Shown: one piece after another, positions 59,007 to 64,000 of the stretch
How positions within the stretch are numbered: the first letter of the stretch is position 1
How the letters are laid out: each line of letters starts with the position of its first letter
Source of the DNA: Entomortierella parvispora E1425
Lineage: Eukaryota > Fungi > Mortierellomycota
Direction of reading: 5' to 3'
Length of the DNA: 64,000 nucleotides
Assembly: GCA_020891255.1 (NCBI GenBank)
Contig: BQFW01000013.1
Coordinates: 2,108,001-2,172,000, forward strand
Position numbers and translations under genes: made by a program
Notes under the pieces: generated by a model
Databases searched by the model: none
What the model was told of the DNA's origin: nothing
The model's input: only the letters and a program-made list of their open reading frames with translations

Positions 59007-59599
59007 GCTAGAGAGATGAGGACGTGAAAAGACGAGGAAAGAGAAGGGAGGGACGCGTGCACTAGCTGCACTGATGAGTCCGAGAGGGAAAGTGAGGGGA
59101 CGGAGGAAGACAAGAAGTGGGGAAGGCCAAGAACACGAAATAGAAAGAAGGAATCAGGAGCGAGAATGCATGCGTGAATCCACTGCATCAGACAAAAAGA
59201 AACGCGCGAGAGGGACAGACAAGAAAAGAGAAAAAGAGCAAAGCCACTCTGTTCCGTTGCGCTTGCGATCGTGATTTCTTCCTCTTCTCGCAGCGCTGCC
59301 TCTTTTTGTTCTTTCCCTTTCCTCTCCATTCAGGACGACATGTTACAATAACATAGTGGGGCACTGACTGGACAGCGGACGGCGCTGAATGTCGCAAGGA
59401 CGTCGACATGTTGACCTGGCCTTGGACACCGTGATCGAAATGAAGGGGCCCAATGGACTTGCTTCCTGCTTCGCATGGATCATGTTGTCCCTGACCTCAA
59501 AATCTGGAACTACCCCTTGACTCAGAGCACTAAGGATTTAGTTCAAAGGCAGGGAAGAATGATCCAGCATCACACGAACCTTTCATGATCCTATCTCTC

Positions 59600-60720
59600 G
59601 TTCGTCGCAGGCACGAGGATATTATTATGAATATCCTCTGCACCACCCTAAAATTGCCAGAGTCGCAACCAGTCGCCCGTTGGGCCCGAATATGCAAACA
59701 CACCACTCACCATCATGCAGAAGGACAGGCTGTAATCATACTCAAAGTGCGGACATTTGCAGCTATTCGCTATTTCCATGCTATTCAAATTCGGGCCTTT
59801 TTTCATTTTCTATATTTTTTCTAGTATCAGTGTATCACTGGGCCGCCAGAAAAGGACAGAGCGGGTACTAGACTCGAGCGTGGAGAGATCAAATCATTTG
59901 GAAAAAGTTCAAAACAGGCGCCTCTTTGTTCATCCGAGCAGCGACAATTGTGAAGTTGCCGGAGAGATCCCTGCCAAGGTGCAGGCCGCGCTGTTGAGAA
60001 GATCACCGATATTTTCTCTTCCGCTCCGACTATATTTCTTGATCCTTGGATCCTGCTCAACTGTGCTTCTTCGTACTAGATCATCCTGTAACGCTATTAT
60101 TTCTATATATCACAGGATATCCTCCTTGTTTTCATTTCCAAGTCTCATATTCATTATAACACAAGATTGGCTAATCCTTGGACCAAGCAGCAATCTTGTT
60201 AAGGTAAGGCTAAGGCAGACACCAAGAAGTTCGTTGTGGAAGAAATGTTGGTGCGCTGGATTGCTGGATTGTTGTCATGGGACCCTTTCAAGATCTGGTT
60301 GATATCCCAACCTTCACATGTGTCCAAAAGGTGCATGTGTGAGTCTCAATTCTCTGAAGGGATCATGAAGCGCAATTTTAGACCTGCTTAATTGCTGCCA
60401 TATCGATAAACAATCTACCATATTGGACACCTGAAATGAAAAGCAGTTGGCCCTTGGATACCTCCGTACGATATTGTCGCAAAAGCACACAGGACCAAAG
60501 ACAGCCCACAACAATTATCACTTGACAGAGAAAGCATCAACTGTTAACAATAAAGAAGAGAGTTTCCAGCTCTTTGCTCGATACAAGCTTGACTCCTCTT
60601 CCTACCTTGATCGTCCCTCCGCTCGTCGCCTTGTTAATCACCCTTACCTTCGTCCTTCTTTTGATATTTGACATTCTTCTATTAAATAGCCTCCTCAGTT
60701 TTTAAGGTCGAATACAGTTG
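59600..60720 (-). pseudogene. more diverged copy of the unknown-family gene that follows the NLR
   Basis: Similar to 38050-39010. Confidence 0.4.
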
Positions 60721-60768
60721 TGGGGTGCCTTTATTCAATCTGCATATTAAAACGAACTGCATGAAACA

Positions 60769-61527
60769 TCACAGCTTCAACCCCTGTTGTTCCTGGACGG
60801 CTCTGATCGCAGATAATATTTTCTCCTGCCCATCGGTGTCAGTTCTCACTGAGACCTCCCCTTTCTCTGTGTAGATCTGCAATCTGTCCTCTTGTACTTG
60901 TAAAGATAGAACACGACTGCAGCTATACTGAAATAGACAGCTCTCATACACGCTCGTAATTTCATCTCTTGTGAGTTGTGGAAGAGCAATACATATGGAA
61001 TGGGAATGTTGCTGGAGAAGTGGTGAAACGTATATGCGGGTATCTTCGCCTACATTCTTGAGTAGAGCAATGAGAAAATGTATCGCTGATTCTGGCAACT
61101 CAGATTGCTTGCCCAATGCTTCTGCTGCCGAATATCTGACACCGTCAAATCTGCAATGACATCGAATTTGAGCGAAAAATCTGAGTTGCCAGAATCGCCC
61201 AGTAAATCCGTCGTCGACGCACTTAAGGATGAAGATAAGAGTGTCAGATCTGCGGATGCAAGAGCATTGGGCAATCAATCTGAGTTGCCAGAATCAGCCG
61301 TCGGACCCCTCGTTGACGTACTCAAGGACGGAGATGAGGATGTCAGATATGCGGCAGTAGAAGCATTGGGTAACCAATCTGAGTTACAGGGATCAGCTGT
61401 CATATCCCTCGTTGGCGCACTCAAGGATGAAAATAAGGATGTCAGATATGCAGCAGCAGAAGCATTGGGCAATCAGTCTGAGTTGCCGGAATCCGCTGTC
61501 GTATCCCTCGTTGACGCACTCAAGGAA
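60769..61527. pseudogene. NLR C-terminal relic with an inverted segment of HEAT repeats
   Basis: 60769-61150 (minus) matches the NLR C-terminus at 39027-39430. 61161-61527 encodes 3-4 HEAT repeats on the plus strand. Confidence 0.85.
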
Positions 61528-61769
61528 CAACTTTGCCCAGAAGGCTCTTCTTTTCGGTCGTTACTGAGTTCAAGTTCTTTTATTACCACAGAAACCTCTG
61601 TGCAATTGGAATGTGAGTATTGTCGTCATTCAACGGGAGAGTGAGTCAAGAGGACCTATCCGATTGCGTACTCTACGCCAAACTCTGGATCAAGAATGGC
61701 AAGCTTGGTCTTTGAGAACATCGCAATCTCGCCGGGTCCTTGTCAGTGTCCTAGTGTATACTGTGTCGA

Positions 61770-62357
61770 TTATCTTTCCTTATTCCACACCAGGGGGACG
61801 TGGTATTGACAATAGAGGGTGGAAATTCCTCTATTTTCACACACACGCTCCTCCCAGCTCTTGACGATTTTTTCGCACCGCCGGCACTCGGATTTGACAT
61901 ACCCATTACATTGCCGAGGCTTGTTTTCAGGGTTGTGTTGATAACAAAAGTTGCCAAACTGACCGGATGGTAGCCGAACTCGCTGGATATTAATTCCGTT
62001 ACAAGGATCGCTTTTTGAGATACAGTGGCCTTGGCAGGTAAGGCCTTCGAGAGACACTTGAATGAAGCCACTTGCCAACTCTTGGAAGTCAGATTCCGGA
62101 TCAGTATCCCACTCCCCTTGTTCCTCCTCTTGGTCTTCCTCCTCCACCTCCTCTTCATCTTCATCTTCATCCTCATCTACTTCTTCGTCATCTTCCTCAG
62201 CTTCTTCTCTGTAGTCTTCTTGTTCCTTCTTGGATTCAGATTTGAGCCTTGGCTCTGATTTGGGCAAGAGGTTGACGGGGTTCATGTTGTTCTTGTCTTC
62301 GTCGTTGTTCTCCCGATTATTCTTGTTTTTTGGTAAAGGACGGTGGCTCATCGTCAT
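61770..62357 (-). CDS. acidic zinc-finger-like protein, paralog of 29858
   Basis: D/E tract, then CQGHCISKSDPC...FCYQHNP and CNGYVKSECRRC...YCQYH. Confidence 0.75.
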   Translation of the reverse strand: MTMSHRPLPKNKNNRENNDEDKNNMNPVNLLPKSEPRLKSESKKEQEDYREEAEEDDEEVDEDEDEDEEEVEEEDQEEEQGEWDTDPESDFQELASGFIQVSLEGLTCQGHCISKSDPCNGINIQRVRLPSGQFGNFCYQHNPENKPRQCNGYVKSECRRCEKIVKSWEERVCENRGISTLYCQYHVPLVWNKER

Positions 62358-62819
62358 CTTAATTTTCGGAGGAAGAAAAAGTAATGAAGAATAACGAAAC
62401 AATGAGGTGGGGATCGCCTATGACAGGTCGATGGATACAAAAGATACCACTCCACACGGCTCTACAAAAACGTCTTTCTTGTTCACTCTTTTCTTACCGG
62501 GACTTGTCTGAAAGGCACAACGAGGTGCGGTGCTAGAGCGTGTGAACAGGGAGGCAAAAGGACGAGGTCGAGGGGAGAGAGGATTGTTTGGTTGGGGATG
62601 TTGAAAAAAACATAAAAAAAAAAAGAAAGTGACCTCCTGATATTGTTTGTGTTTGGACACAAAGCGCACAGCAGAGGCAAAGCAAGAGACAAAAGGAAAA
62701 GGACAAAGCACCCGCCAACTTCAGCGATGATGGACCAATCCTTGACCACTGTGCCTGCAGGACATCATGTTTCTCTCCATCTGGCAGCACGCAGGACGCG
62801 ACCAACCTCTCACACACTC

Positions 62820-63025
62820 CTCTTCCCTCTTCCTTTTTGACCCTGTCCGCTCTGACATTTCATCCGACATTGCGACAGGAGGAGTCCTTTATCAGATGCA
62901 TGAAGGCAAAAGACACCCAGTTGCCTATGAGTCACGAAAACTTAAGCCAGCCGAGAAGAACTACCCGGTCCATGAGAAGGAACTCCTCGCCATTGTTCAC
63001 GCATGCAGAGCATGGCGCACGTTTT
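62820..63025 (+). mobile_element. Ty3/gypsy RNase H fragment
   Basis: SDIATGGVLYQ....HPVAYESRKLKPAEKNYPVHEKELLAIVHACRAWR. Confidence 0.9.
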
Positions 63026-63068
63026 CATTTGGCCTCTCCTCTTATTAAATAACTTCTGGGCAGAATTT

Positions 63069-63510
63069 TCAGCCCAAAGTTCCTCTCCATAATCTTGTGT
63101 CAATAGGCGAGGGACTGGCAGATGTGAATTTTACAATAGAAGGGGATCCTACTATCTCTACATTTGCGGACGTACTCTGTTTGACAATTGACTCGCACTG
63201 CTGGTCCCTTGAATATGCATATCCTACGCATTTCAGGTGCTTGTTCGGAGGGTTTTGTTGACAACAAGAGCTGCCAAACTGACCAAGTGACACTTCAACA
63301 TGCCCGACATTATCCCGCTGACAACAGCCGTTCTTTGAGATTCAGAGACCTCGACAGAAAATTCTTGGGCGGGCAACGATCGACGCAAAACTGAAACTGA
63401 CTATCAAGTCTTCAGGATTCTGAATGCTCTTGTTTCTCCTTTTACTTTTTCCTCTTGTTCTTCTTTGTCGTCACCCTCAGCCTCCTCCTCCTCCTCCTCC
63501 TCGATGAAAA
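63069..63510 (-). pseudogene. degenerate fifth zinc-finger paralog
   Basis: SLGQFGSSCCQQNPPNKHLKCVGY..SRDQQC, preceded by an acidic GAG repeat. Confidence 0.65.
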
Positions 63511-63601
63511 GCGAACACGATGATTTATTCGAAAAATGAGGGTTTCTGAAGACCCTGCACGAATCAATCAGCTATGCGGCCAAATGCGGATCCTTCTTGA
63601 A

Positions 63602-64000
63602 CTACCCATTGTCCAACTCCCAAAACAATATCTGGCGAGATCCGATAACGACAACCAAATACGCTGCAACGTCGTTGTCCTCCTTCAACTTCATAATCTC
63701 TGGACTTTCGACATACTCCGCGAGCTGCTCACGTGGCGACTTTGTGTTGGCCCCCCTGATGGCGCCATTCAGAATCCGATCTCGGATGGTTTGCCCTGGT
63801 CTGCACACATCGTGCATAACAAATTTGAGATCAAGAACATCATCCACAGAGTCCATGTCTTTGAGATAGTCGGCCGTTTGTTCGATTCCCTTCAACCCGT
63901 TAATATCCAAGGAGTCAATCCGGATCATTTTCCACTCCAACAGTAGCACTTGTTTCTTTAACGGGATCAGGATCAACATGTCGATTCGACTGGAATTTCG
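63602..64000 (-). CDS. C-terminal PD-(D/E)xK nuclease-like domain of a gene entering from beyond the window
   Basis: SRIDMLILIP...LLLEWK (D...ExK) and terminal AYLVVVIGSRQILFW. Confidence 0.65.
   Translation of the reverse strand, partial: RNSSRIDMLILIPLKKQVLLLEWKMIRIDSLDINGLKGIEQTADYLKDMDSVDDVLDLKFVMHDVCRPGQTIRDRILNGAIRGANTKSPREQLAEYVESPEIMKLKEDNDVAAYLVVVIGSRQILFWELDNG

Larger units (their letters stand above)
32760..62820. repeat. segmental duplication block B
   Basis: Counterpart of block A, with an extra intact NLR, the palindromic gene pair and intact NUP58. Confidence 0.85.

Noticed and set aside
8250-62820. Starship-like giant transposon
   Set aside because: No tyrosine-recombinase captain or defined termini are visible, and the structure is explained by segmental duplication.

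Overview
This is eukaryotic, intron-containing fungal DNA. The Crinkler gene, the NACHT-HEAT NLR style and the GT-AG introns point to Mortierellaceae (inference). It is an accessory region built from two diverged mosaic copies of one block (A about 8.2-31.4 kb, B about 32.8-63.5 kb) that have swapped modules. The left edge is the 5' end of a Ty3/gypsy element (gag, -1 frameshift signal, tRNA-iMet PBS), preceded by a long intronless membrane/mucin-like ORF and an intact Crinkler (Ubl-NTPase-REase) gene. The blocks hold hydrophobin-like genes next to dead 28S rDNA 3' ends, degenerate genes with a HEPN-like RNAIAH motif, a DIRS relic, an intact NACHT-HEAT NLR plus two relics, a family of T5orf172/GIY-YIG-like genes and C-x-G-x(n)-C Zn-finger genes (two head-to-head pairs), and one intact plus two partial NUP58/NUP49 copies. 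The most striking element is a 2.9-kb palindrome (48419-51307) driving two divergently transcribed, secreted, Cys-rich preprotoxin-like genes. They share near-identical promoters and signal/pro-peptides but have strongly diverged mature domains. The left gene ends just upstream of the same R-U5-PBS signature as the gypsy element at 1.4 kb. All exon models and alignments were made by eye and need computational confirmation.
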